Source: Lophium mytilinum
Taxonomy: Eukaryota
NCBI GenBank assembly: GCA_010093605.1
Contig: MU004199.1
Span: 1,313,533 to 1,377,532 of the forward strand
Length of the DNA: 64,000 nucleotides
Direction: 5' to 3'
Part shown: piece by piece, positions 36,356-47,024 of the stretch
How the letters are laid out: each line of letters begins with the position of its first letter
Numbering within the stretch: position 1 is the stretch's first letter
Translations under genes and position numbers: made by a program
Notes under the pieces: generated by a model
What the model was told of the DNA's origin: nothing
What the model saw: only the letters and a program-made list of their open reading frames with translations
Database searches by the model: none

Positions 36356-37996
36356 CTATAGTTTGCTCCCCTTTGACAACGCATCTACCACTTGCTTACG
36401 AAAATCAATCGAGAGCTCCACTGCATCTTCTTGGCTCTCATTCGGTCTCCAAGATAGGCATTTCTGAACAACACCAGCGTAGCCCTCTCCCATTTCTTGT
36501 TTCAACTCCGAGCCGGCCGCCAATTGTCCGATCATTCCACTCACGCGCTGGAAAAGAGTATGTTGCTGCGTCGAGTCAATCCGCGGGTTCTTCTCCAGCG
36601 GTCTCGCAAACACAGTAGACATAGTCTTCCATAAGCCGATTTCAAGCAGCAAAACTCCCAGAGAGTAGATGTCATGCTCATTCGAGAATTTGTGCGTTGG
36701 TTTCCCGAAGCGTTGCTGGTGATGGTACAGATTTGGCTCCAGGTCGAAAAGCTCGTGAAGAGAAGTTGAGGCTTCGAGCGGCCGAGCGACGTCCCAGCCG
36801 ACAAGGTAAGGGAGCTTTTCTAGATCATTGGATGAACCGGGAAGCATCAAAACGCTCCGGGAGCAAATGTTTTTGTGAACCCAGCCGGAAGTATGGATAG
36901 TCAGGAGCGTGGCGGCTAAGGCGCGCGCCGTGCGAAATCGGCCTCCTAGGGTCAGCTTTGGCCTTCCCACAATCAGAGCGTGGAGGGTTGGTGTTTCCTC
37001 AGTGCCCAAAAGAACCTGAGGTGAACGGTAGAGAAGAAGGCTTCGATTCTTGCTAGGCTCGTCTAGAAAACCTAGGCAGCTGAGAGTGTGCATACGATAT
37101 CCCTCTTCAGCGTCCTGCTTTGACAGATCCGAGTCGACCGGGCCCTGAAGTAGCCATGTGAGCCTTCTGAGGGGTTCTTTGAGTGCTTTGGCCCCATCGT
37201 AGTCGCGCTCGCTCGTAGCAAGCGCTATTGCGTCGTCGTACTGCCGGATTTCGACAATGACATCCATAGAATCGAAGCCCGACTTATCTTCGTAGACACC
37301 ACGTAGGAGCTCTTGTTTAGGTTTCAAGATAACGGGATCTTTCATGTCTCCATCTAGCGCATCGTAGTTCTCGGGTGGCTGAGAATGCACTCTGATCTGC
37401 CTCTCCGACACCTCCTTGACACCGAGGTCTACGGCCTGCGAGCTGGCAGCGAAACCTGGGGTCGAATTTCCAACCAGCAGCAAGATAATTGAGAGCGTCT
37501 GCCGCAGTCGATCCGTCCACTCGGTGTAGTGCAGGAGGAGCGCTTCCATCGCTTCTTTCCCGAATAGCGCCCATTCCAAGGGGGAGGCTTTCTTTCTCCA
37601 GGTCTGGCACCGTGTCCTCATACCGTTGCCAAATTTCCACTTTTTCTTGGCTCCCGCGTCCATATCCTTTGCATCTCCCGCTATCTCCGGTACGACGCCT
37701 GCAAACTTCGATGCCTCAACTCGATACGCGCCTAACGCTTGGCTTAGCGCATCAAGGCAATGCTGAACATCTCTTTTCACACTATCCCGGACTCTGGAAT
37801 CACGTAGAAGACCGCGCTCCTCACCAAAACAGACGTCGGTGAAGGTTTCGACGAAGACAAGTTCGTGCTCTAGCCGCTCGGAGATGTCGCGTTTGGCGGA
37901 GCCATACTCCTTGATCTCGGCTGTAACTTCGCGAATAAAGACTGTAGTTTCGTAGATTAGAGAAATAATCTCTAGAGAGGTGCTGAAAAGATCCAT
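36356..37996 (-). CDS. HeLo-like (prion-inhibition-type) N-terminal domain plus pseudokinase, intronless (546 aa)
   Basis: Amphipathic N-terminal helix MDLFSTSLEIISLIYETTVFI and LEWALFGKEAMEALL...WTDRL helical bundle. Kinase-like C-lobe GWVHKNICSRSV (no catalytic Asp), LVGWDVAR (no DFG), HDIYSLGVLLLEIGLW. Confidence 0.85.
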   Translation of the reverse strand: MDLFSTSLEIISLIYETTVFIREVTAEIKEYGSAKRDISERLEHELVFVETFTDVCFGEERGLLRDSRVRDSVKRDVQHCLDALSQALGAYRVEASKFAGVVPEIAGDAKDMDAGAKKKWKFGNGMRTRCQTWRKKASPLEWALFGKEAMEALLLHYTEWTDRLRQTLSIILLLVGNSTPGFAASSQAVDLGVKEVSERQIRVHSQPPENYDALDGDMKDPVILKPKQELLRGVYEDKSGFDSMDVIVEIRQYDDAIALATSERDYDGAKALKEPLRRLTWLLQGPVDSDLSKQDAEEGYRMHTLSCLGFLDEPSKNRSLLLYRSPQVLLGTEETPTLHALIVGRPKLTLGGRFRTARALAATLLTIHTSGWVHKNICSRSVLMLPGSSNDLEKLPYLVGWDVARPLEASTSLHELFDLEPNLYHHQQRFGKPTHKFSNEHDIYSLGVLLLEIGLWKTMSTVFARPLEKNPRIDSTQQHTLFQRVSGMIGQLAAGSELKQEMGEGYAGVVQKCLSWRPNESQEDAVELSIDFRKQVVDALSKGSKL

Positions 37997-39157
37997 GCTT
38001 GGAGAAATTGTGTGGCGGAATGCTGATGACTGGATATGTGCGGCTGAAGTAGCGGAAAAGTTATACTTACACCTTTTGGCCCCCACTCTACCCCGCACCA
38101 GCTGGGCCTTTCAATCAGTTACTTCGGACAAGGAAGAAGCAAGAAGAGTAGCTGGCTTGAGTGAAACTGCAAGGATTGGTACCCAACACGCCCACGTAAA
38201 CCTATCTTCAGGATCCACAACAGGCAACCACTCTGAAAACTACTTTTTGTCAAGCGTCAATGCACGCCCCTATCGTCTGTCGAACTGAAACTGGGCAAAA
38301 GAGATAACTCTCTGGTCAATTTGATTCCTCTCACATCTCGAGCCTAAACCTTAATAATATGGGTAAGGTCACGCAGATATCAGCACGGAACATAACTACA
38401 GCCGTGTATCTAGGAGCCAAGCCAAAAGCCATAAACGTTGTATTGAGAGCCGCAACGAATGGACATGTCGAGTTATCGAATATGTCAACAATTCAAGACT
38501 CTTGTTTTCAGACACGCGAGATCAAGAATGGACGATTTGGAAAGTATAGGTGAATCGGGTAAGTATTCCGTCACGTGACGGAATCCTGCCTTGACCTCTC
38601 CAGCCTCTCGGCCAACGCGACGCAGACAACGCCCCCGGCAAAAATAATTTGCAGGCTCGTGTTCTTGGTATCGAAAGACGCTGGATGTGGATGCATCTCG
38701 CTACACAAGGTGATGGAGCCCTTTGAAAATCGACAATTGGCCTTGGCGTGTACCCAGGATACACGTGCGCGCCCGAAAGCGGCTATGGCGTTCAGGGGAG
38801 CCTCCGAGCTCGCTTCCTCATGCCAGCCTTGCACGCCTCAAGTCTCGCCCGAAGCCATGCTGATTTCCACTAGGATAGGCCAAGAATTCCGGCCATCTAG
38901 ATGCCATCCACATGCTCATTATTCGATGGGTAGATTGCGGATGTATGAGAATGGACTGTTATCGGCGCCATTACTTTCAGTGGCGTGCGTAGGGGAGCAG
39001 AAGCGCAGAAAACAAATTCACAGTACGGAGCAGTCGCTGTCTAGTCTCAAACACTCGAACATCTTCTCTAACTTTTGTTTACTTCCAGTTGCTCACTCGC
39101 TTCGTCGATTCGTCATTCTTTTGGCTTCTTTTTTGTTTTGTCTCTCGTTAAAGCAAC

Positions 39158-41417
39158 ATGAAACTCACTATCTGGACGTCATTCCTTACAGTCGCCCTTG
39201 TCGCGGCATCCCCTCTTTATGATCTCGAAGAGCGTGACCAGGAACATCCCGAATGCCACCCCTCTTCATGCTGTGTTCGTGGATGGGAGACCCAGTATGG
39301 AGGTGCTACTTACTGGAGCAGTCAGGACAAGAAGTACCGCACTAAAGAAGCATGTGGGCGCCACTGTGCTGCGGATGGACGGTGCCAAACGTATTCCATT
39401 GAGAAGAACAGCTGCCGCCATTACAAATCTTCGCTGTAAGAGGACTGTATCTCGTGTTATTGAGCTGGGTCTAATGTTACCTAGTGATAGAGTTATGCAC
39501 CGCTCAAAGGGTGGTCATCGAGACTTCTACGACAGATGCTGCGCTGGAACAGAGCATCATCCCAAGCCGACGCCGAAGCCGTATTCTCGCCCTGTAACGG
39601 CGTCGACACCCAAGCCCAGTGACTCCACGAGGAAAACTTCCGCCCACTCAACCCTGAAGTCTTCCAGCGCCTTGACGAAGAAGCCTTGCAGCAGCTCCAC
39701 CCTAAAGACATCCAGCATCTCAACGAAGAAGCCCTGCAGCAGCTCCATCTTGACGAGTTTCAGCGCGTCTAAGAGGCCTTCCGGCAGTTCTTCAAAGCCT
39801 TGCTCCACCGAGTCCCCACCTGCTAGCAGATATTCCAGCTCTGCTAGGCCCAGCTCAACACTACCTGCTTACCAAACATCTTCTTCGCTCGTTACATCGA
39901 CCAGATACGCACCAAGCAGTCACAGTTCTAACACGCCGTCTTTTACGCCTTTTTCATTGTCTCCAACATCTTCAGAGGCGCCTTATTCGACACCTGAGCC
40001 ATCTTCCTCGATAACTTCAGACATTGTCTCTTCCGTCTTTTCAGCGGCTCCTTCCTCGACCTCAGATGCTATTTCATCAACGTCATCTCAGATAATTTCT
40101 TCGACGCCCGAGGTTCAGTCTCCAACGACTCTGGAGACATCCTCATCAACGCTGTCAGAGAATGCCTTCTCTACCTCAGTGGCTGCTTCTCTGTCTTCCA
40201 CGTCCGACGCGTTCTCATCTACTTCTTCAGAAACTGTCTCTTTAATATATGAGACCTCCTCTTCGATACCCGAGAAACCGTCTTCAACATCTTCATACAC
40301 TGCTTCGTCAACATCGGATGCTGCTTACTCTACTTCTTCAGAGACCCCTTCTTCTACAACATCTGAGATTCTCTCATCAACATCTACTGATACTCCTTCC
40401 TCAACCTTAGAATTGATTTCGTCGACATCTTCCGAAGCTATATCCTCAACCTCCGATGCATTCTCTTCAACCTCCTCAGAGGCACCATCCCCAACGTCGG
40501 TCGACTGTCTCTCAACAACAACAACTTCAGATGCTAGTTCTCCAACTTCTACGGAAGATTTTTCCCCAACCTCGGAGATTGCTTCCCCAACTTCAGAGAT
40601 TTCTTCCACGTCCTCCGAGGTTTCGTCTTCAACATCTTCAGATGCGGTTTCCTCGACCTCAGTTGAAGGTCCTTCCTCCACCTCGGACTGCTCAACGTCT
40701 TCCAAGGTTCCGTCTTCAACCTCCGAGATTGTTTTCCCAATTTCAGAGACTTTTTCCACGTCCTTCGATGTTCCATCTGCAACATCTTCAGACGCTGTTT
40801 CGTCGACCTCGGCTGAAGCTCCCTCTTCAACTTCAGATTGCTCAACGCCTTCAGAAGTACCGTCCTCAACCTCAGAGATTGTATCCCAGACCTCATCGGA
40901 GACGTCAAGTCCATCTTCCACGATCGAGTCATCCACCACGCTCGAGCTATCAACCACAACCACGCCCTGTTCGAGCGAAACACCAGCATTCACTCTATCG
41001 TCCACGGACAATCCTGAATCTACACTCCCAAGCAGCACTACGGAGACCGCATCATCCACAAGCGACTCATCCAGTACTCCCTTCTTTACACCCACACCAA
41101 CACCAACACCCAGTCCAACTCCAACGCCAACTCCGAGCAGCTCGGCCCCCGCAGCGCCTGCACCAACCTGTGCAGTTCAAGGCAGCCTCAGATCTGGAAT
41201 CACCTACACGAACATTGCGGGCCAGAGCTTTGCTGGTTGCAAAACCCGGTGTCAGACCTACACCCTCGCTGGTCGTTCCTGCCGCGTATACGGTTTCAAT
41301 TCCTCGACTCTTGTCTGCACGTTGTCGCTAGGATTCGGGGCCCCAACGTTTGACATTGCGTTTACACCGAACACTTCTGGGGTGCTGACCTGGTATGATG
41401 CTACCTGCGCATTGTAG
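39158..41417 (+). CDS. Secreted mucin-like protein with N- and C-terminal PAN/Apple-like Cys domains (intron ~39436-39491)
   Basis: Signal peptide MKLTIWTSFLTVALVAA; EACGRHCAADGRCQTYSI...C; long S/T/E stalk; GCKTRCQ...CRVYGFNSSTLVCTL; no GPI-type hydrophobic tail. Confidence 0.8.
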
Positions 41418-42372
41418 TTTGCGATGGGAATAAAGTACGAAGAGTTTCCTCCTAAGAGTGATTTGAAAACGTAGATAACTGGACTATTTCATAATGTTTA
41501 ATTATTCATATCTGTTTATATAAACGGTTTCCTCCTCCCATGCCTCTTTAGCATAGACGGGCTAGCCTTGAACGCGATACAGTCCTTACAGGTGTACCTT
41601 CCAATGGAATCTACCTCAAGGCTAATTGTACAGGCTATCAAACATATGACAGGCATTAAACAGACTGCGTCATGTAGACCATCGGCGTCGCCAGTGGCTA
41701 CAGCCAGATTCATCATCCGTTCATCATGGTTAAGGGCGGTAATTATGTCTAAGCGATTTTTTTTACCCACGACGAACAAGCAGCAAACAGCTTAGCAGCA
41801 AACGGTCCCAGCCTATATAAAGTCGTTCTTTCGCCGTCGAGTCTTCATAGTGGCTCTTCATTTTCCCCGTCGTCCCCTCGTTGCGCGGCATCTTGTCGCC
41901 ATTTTGGATTTTCACCTGCAATATTATACACCTTAAAGGTGAGACTTGAAATTACACATCCTATAGGATGCGTAAAGAGACTGGAATTAAACCTTTCTCT
42001 CCTTAATTGCAGGTATTGTACAGTGATACTGGTAGGTCTCAGAGATGACAATCACCTTCGATGTTCTCTTTGTTGGTTGCCAGCCGGCCAGCTCGCGTAC
42101 TCTCGGGAGACAGTGCTCGGCCTCTCCCCCCTATGCATTTTCCGCAACTGCATATCACGACATTCACCTTCCTGACCGGTATAGAATCTCGTGGGAGGCC
42201 CGTCTCACGCCCGGCTCTAGCAGGTTCCAAAGGAACTCCCCGTGCTCACAGACATCGCTCGCCTTCTTGAACGTCCCGATTCACGCAAGCTTTTTCCTGG
42301 CTTCAACGACATCACCTACCGCACTTTTTCTCTGCTAGAAGTTCATCAACGCTACAATCTACAATCACAAAA

Positions 42373-43694
42373 ATGGCCAGCATCTCTAGCAAGCTGATGC
42401 CGCCTTTGTTCCGCAAGCATGGTGAACCCCAGCTGCCACTATCTCGAGAAGAAGGCGAGAAGCTTCTCAGCCTTGCCCTAGGCTTCAAGTTCAACCGTCT
42501 CGGGCCGACAAGAGGGGGCAAGGCATACAGTCGCCACGACCGCGAAGCTTTTGCGGAGCGGTAAGAGATATTTCCGAATCTCACACGAGCCCTTTTCTTT
42601 TTTTTGAGACCTAACGTTATCCGGTCAAGTCACCCCACGATCCCCAAAAACGCCGTACTCGTATCCGTCGACTTCGAAAGCCTCTCCTGGCTCCCTTCAT
42701 TGCATCCGTTATATGGCAAAATCACCGAAGTCGAATCCGCGTTCTTCGACTGCCGGAAAGCGGACGAACACCAGTCTTGGGAATGGGTCGGAGAAGATGT
42801 CACCGCAAAGCACTATATCGTGGGCGAGTACGCACATATACGTCTGATATCGATGACAGGCGTGGTCATTCACTATACGCCGCCGACAAGTTTGCGTACG
42901 GCACTAGCGAGATAGTTCCGGTCGCTAGTCTCCGGGACATTCTGATGAGAAGAACTGCGGATTCCTCATGGCCCCAGACCGGCTGAATCCACTTCCGGCT
43001 TAAGATGGCTCTTTAACAGAGGCTGAGATGACTACTGAGGGCCTCTGATGTTCTTCTCGTACTGCTGCACCATCGACAGCGACCGCAAGATCGACTACCC
43101 CAGCACCAGAAACGAAGTATCGCACAATCATCCTCATTGCACATGCTTTCGAGAACGAGGACAACTACCTCCGCCACCAGTTGGAGATCTCATACTCCGA
43201 CGTCGACGTTTATGCCGTCATAGACACTCAGATTCTCCTCTGCGGCAAGCGACAGCGGCCCCCTGGCCTTCGCGAGCTGTTGGTGAACCGGTACGGTATC
43301 ATGCCGGAAACCCTCCACAACGGTGCGAACGATGCCGTCTACACTGTAGCCATGGTTTTATTCCATGCAGTTGACAAAGAGGACAATTGGAAATTGACTC
43401 CGACTCGTTGGCTTGCGAACCTGAAGATGAGGATCGAAAAGGAAGCCGGCGGTAGGTGTGAGACTTACGGTGGACTGGGACATGCAAAAGAGGCATGCCA
43501 GGGAGCCAGTTGGTGCGGCGAAGAACGATCTCGAGAAGGCGCTTGAGAAGTTGACGGTTGAGGGGCCTACGATTCAAACGATCGAACGTACCGCACACGC
43601 TCCGGACACTGACCCCGCGAAGGACGCAGAGCGGATCCGCGCTGCGAGACTTGCTCGGCTTGGAGGAGGTGCTGCTCAAAAGCTAGGAATATAG
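42373..43694 (+). pseudogene. Frameshifted DEDDh exonuclease of QIP/Gfd2(YDR514C)-like type with degenerate zinc knuckle
   Basis: ExoI LVSVDFES, KFAYGTSE, IILIAHAFENE, VIDTQ and ExoIII LHNGANDAVYT are distributed over different frames. RCETYGGLGHAKEAC is a CCHC knuckle with C>Y. Confidence 0.65.
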
Positions 43695-45167
43695 GATTCG
43701 AAAGGACTGTTCCAGAGGTGAGTGGGCCATGACTCTGCCGGCATTTTCATGCCTAGAGCCCCAATCAAAAAGAAAAGATATTGTCACGTTCGAGACGGAG
43801 GATGTTTTGGGAAAATGATAATGAAACAAAGCTGGGATTACTGATGAGTGCTCTCTAGGCGATGGCTTTCTAGTAAACAAGAAACGTGTCATGTTAGTTA
43901 GATTGCGGGGCCTGTCGGTATCCAAGTCGGGCATGGCGCTCCATCTCGCGGATAGAATTTAGGAATTGTATGACTCGGCAAAAGGGTTCATTGCATGGGA
44001 GGTAGAGGTTACTTAAGCTTGGTGTTCCGTGCCAAGAACGGTGCCCAGTATGCGACCCTGCTAGTGTGTCTAACGTGAAGCAGGTGGTCCAATTAGAAAC
44101 CGAATTGTACCGTATTTCTCTGACAACATACAAAAGCCACTCTTGGCACCCCTAAACCTATAAGCGTTTAGTTTATCGGGAATCGAGCTGTCAGATGCCG
44201 ATGGGCCTGTTACAGGCCCACAAATCAGCCCGATAGGCGTGACATGATTCGCTCAACGAGTAAGGTTAAGATAGCGCTGCCAAGCGTAGCTTTTGTATAT
44301 TGTCAGAGAATACGGTAAGAGTAGCACGCAGCATGCAGCATGCAGGTTGTGTGGTTGCACAAGGTCGCCGCTCGGTGCTCAACACCTGCACCATTCGAAG
44401 CCAAGACCTACTTGTTCAGGAGAGCTGTTTCGGTCACGTGTGGTCTTCCCGACTTTGCGTTCACGGCTATGCGCCCATGTATGACTGAATGGTGCCTTGG
44501 AACAAACGGGGAGCTGCACGTGTATCAGGGCTGACCACAAAGACCTTTTAGCTCCAAGTCAACAACTTTTGCGGCGAAATCGCGATTTCTTTCCGTGGTG
44601 ATGGAAAAGTTGCATGTGCCGGCGCGCCGGGCCAAGGCGGAGCCCTTCGCTGATGACGCAGCCCACCGGATCAGATATTCGCGCAGCGCTAGCGACGGAT
44701 CAGATAACTTTAACTGGAAACGTGGGCCCAACGGTGAATGTCTCCCAATCACGAATCTCTGGGCTTCTGAGGCCCCATTGGGGAAGCCCTTGGCACTGTT
44801 TCTTTCCAGCGATTTCTCAATCTTCTAGAGTACCCATCTTTGCGCCTGTCCTCGCATCTTTTTGTCTGTGATATTAAAACCGTTACAGGACTGTCTCTGC
44901 TGAGATAGTAAAGGCCCGATGAGCTCTCGAGAGGCAATTACAGCACCATGTACATAGTACACCATCCCAAATGCCTATCCTCGGGCAAGCAATTGCCGGC
45001 CCAACAGCCCCACCTTCTCGCATTCGCAATTCCAATGGCGTTTATCCGACATCGGTGCGCATGACTGGCTCTGCTTAAGATCAGATAACTTCTCCCGTTT
45101 TCCGGGCCTGTCTCCCTCTTTCCCCCTTCTCTTTATCTGATCTTACCAAGAACGAATTATCCCCGAA

Positions 45168-46709
45168 ATGCATCTCCCAGACGTGTCACATGACTCTGTG
45201 CCTGGTCTTGGCCATGCTACGACCAGACTTCCGCATCGAATTCTGATCGTTGGTGGTGCCTATGGCGGGCTCATGGCTGCGCTGAATCTGCTGAGTCTGG
45301 CAAAGGGCAATACAAACCGGCCGAGTGCCTACCCGTTGCCGGATTTGCAGAAGAGAATGTCGAGGAGAGGGGTGCATATTACCGTGCTGGATCAACGGGA
45401 CGGCATCTGTACGCCTCACTCTTTTCCGGAACCTGCCTCTTATACTCACGCGTCGTAGTCCACTCCGTCGGTGCTCCTCTTGCCCACGTCTCCGAGAAAT
45501 CCTCGCCAGTAATGTGGAAGCCTTTCAAATCTTTCCCCGAACTCCAACACCCCAACCTCAGCTTCGAGCAAGGCTCCCTCACAAAGATCGACTGCAAGTC
45601 CCGAATAGCTTGGTACACGGACATTCATGGCATCCTCCAGGAAGAGCCATACCACTACCTCATCCAAGCAACTGGCCTGAAGCGGAACTGGCCTATAGTT
45701 CCTCGCGCCCAATCCTGTAATGAGTACAACAAAGACGCTAGTACCCTCATCATCCAGATCAAGAACGCTAGACACAAGCGCGTTGCTGTTGTAGGCGGAG
45801 GCGCCGTGGGGATTGAGTTCGCTGGCGAAGTCAAGCACAACCACCCCGGCCTGCACGTTACGCTGATTCACTCCCGTGCTGAACTCTTATCCGCCGAGCC
45901 CCTCCCAGCAGAGTTCAAATACCGCGCCAAGATCTTGCTCGAGGACCTAGGCGTTGAGGTCATCACGGGGAACCGAGCCACCGTGGAAGAGCAGTCCGAG
46001 GGGCACTACCTCGTCACCCTCACGAACGGCAAGACGATAACGGCGGGCGCTGTGATCAATGCGACAGCTAAGCACCTCCCGACGACAGACTGTCTGCCCC
46101 GGGAGGCGGTTGATGAGGAGGGCTATGTTAGGGTGACGCCGACGTGAGTATACCACCGTTTTGATATCTCCAATTCCGAACGACTCCTGACTTTGATAAC
46201 AGCCTCGCCTTCCCCACTTCTGTCCCCAACTCCGCCGCTCACTACGCCATTGGCGACGTTTGCGCGTGGAGCGGGATTAGGCGAGCCGGCGGAGCCATGG
46301 TGATGGGCCAACTGGCCGCCACGAACCTCTTCGCTTCCATTTTGACATCTGAGGACCCGAACTTTACTCCAGAGCACGCCGAGCTGCCCGAGTTCCCAGC
46401 TGTGATGGGTCTGGCCGTGGGCGATCAGGCAATTGTGTATTCGGCGGGGACTGGGGTGGAATGGGGAAAGAAGACGATGGAGGTCATGTTTGGGGAGGAC
46501 CTGGGATGGAATTGTGAGTTTGCATCGATTGGGTGTGAAGCCGTGGACTTGAGCTAATGTTCGTGACAGATTGTTTGAAGTACATGGGCTTGGCAGATGC
46601 GGAGGAGGTGAAAGCTGAAGTGCTTGAAGAAGTTCAAGAAAAGGTCGAGAAGATTGAGTTACTGGATGAAATGAGAGAGGATGATTTGAGGCAAGTTGTG
46701 GCTGTTTAG
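45168..46709 (+). CDS. AIF/AMID-like FAD/NAD(P)-dependent oxidoreductase (4 exons)
   Basis: RILIVGGAYGG FAD-binding motif, YLIQATG, RVAVVGGGAVGIEFAGE, YAIGD. Introns at ~45409-45458, 46144-46202 and 46514-46569. Confidence 0.85.
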
Positions 46710-47024
46710 ATGGTATTTGATATACCAAAAACACAATGGCTTGATGTCAGGGGCAGATTTCCGTCTAATTAGCGATTTCATGATGTTCAACCAGGCAGCT
46801 TTAAATGGTATCAAAATGGCTCTCATTGAAGAGTTCTGGAGAAAATGTATGTACGTGAAAATAGGTATTCAAACCTTGTGAATTCCATGATGCGTCAGAC
46901 CAACCTAGCAGCCGTGAGACAAAAGAGATGCGCCGGACCTATGCAATTCCGTGCTTGAAGACAGAAGATTCCGAAAGCATGGACCTGCCATGGTCACTCG
47001 AGAAATGTGTTCCCTGAACTTGCT

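Noticed and set aside
38575..39222. 215-aa ORF
   Set aside because: GTG start, no motif, and it occupies the divergent promoter and 5' leader of the secreted protein gene.
40325..41331. Long antisense and alternate-frame ORFs (256, 291 and 146 aa)
   Set aside because: Shadows of the low-complexity Ser/Thr-rich coding sequence.
20621..44000. Intact Starship giant transposon
   Set aside because: No DUF3435 tyrosine-recombinase captain, 5S target or terminal direct repeats were recognised. Kept only as a weak island hypothesis.
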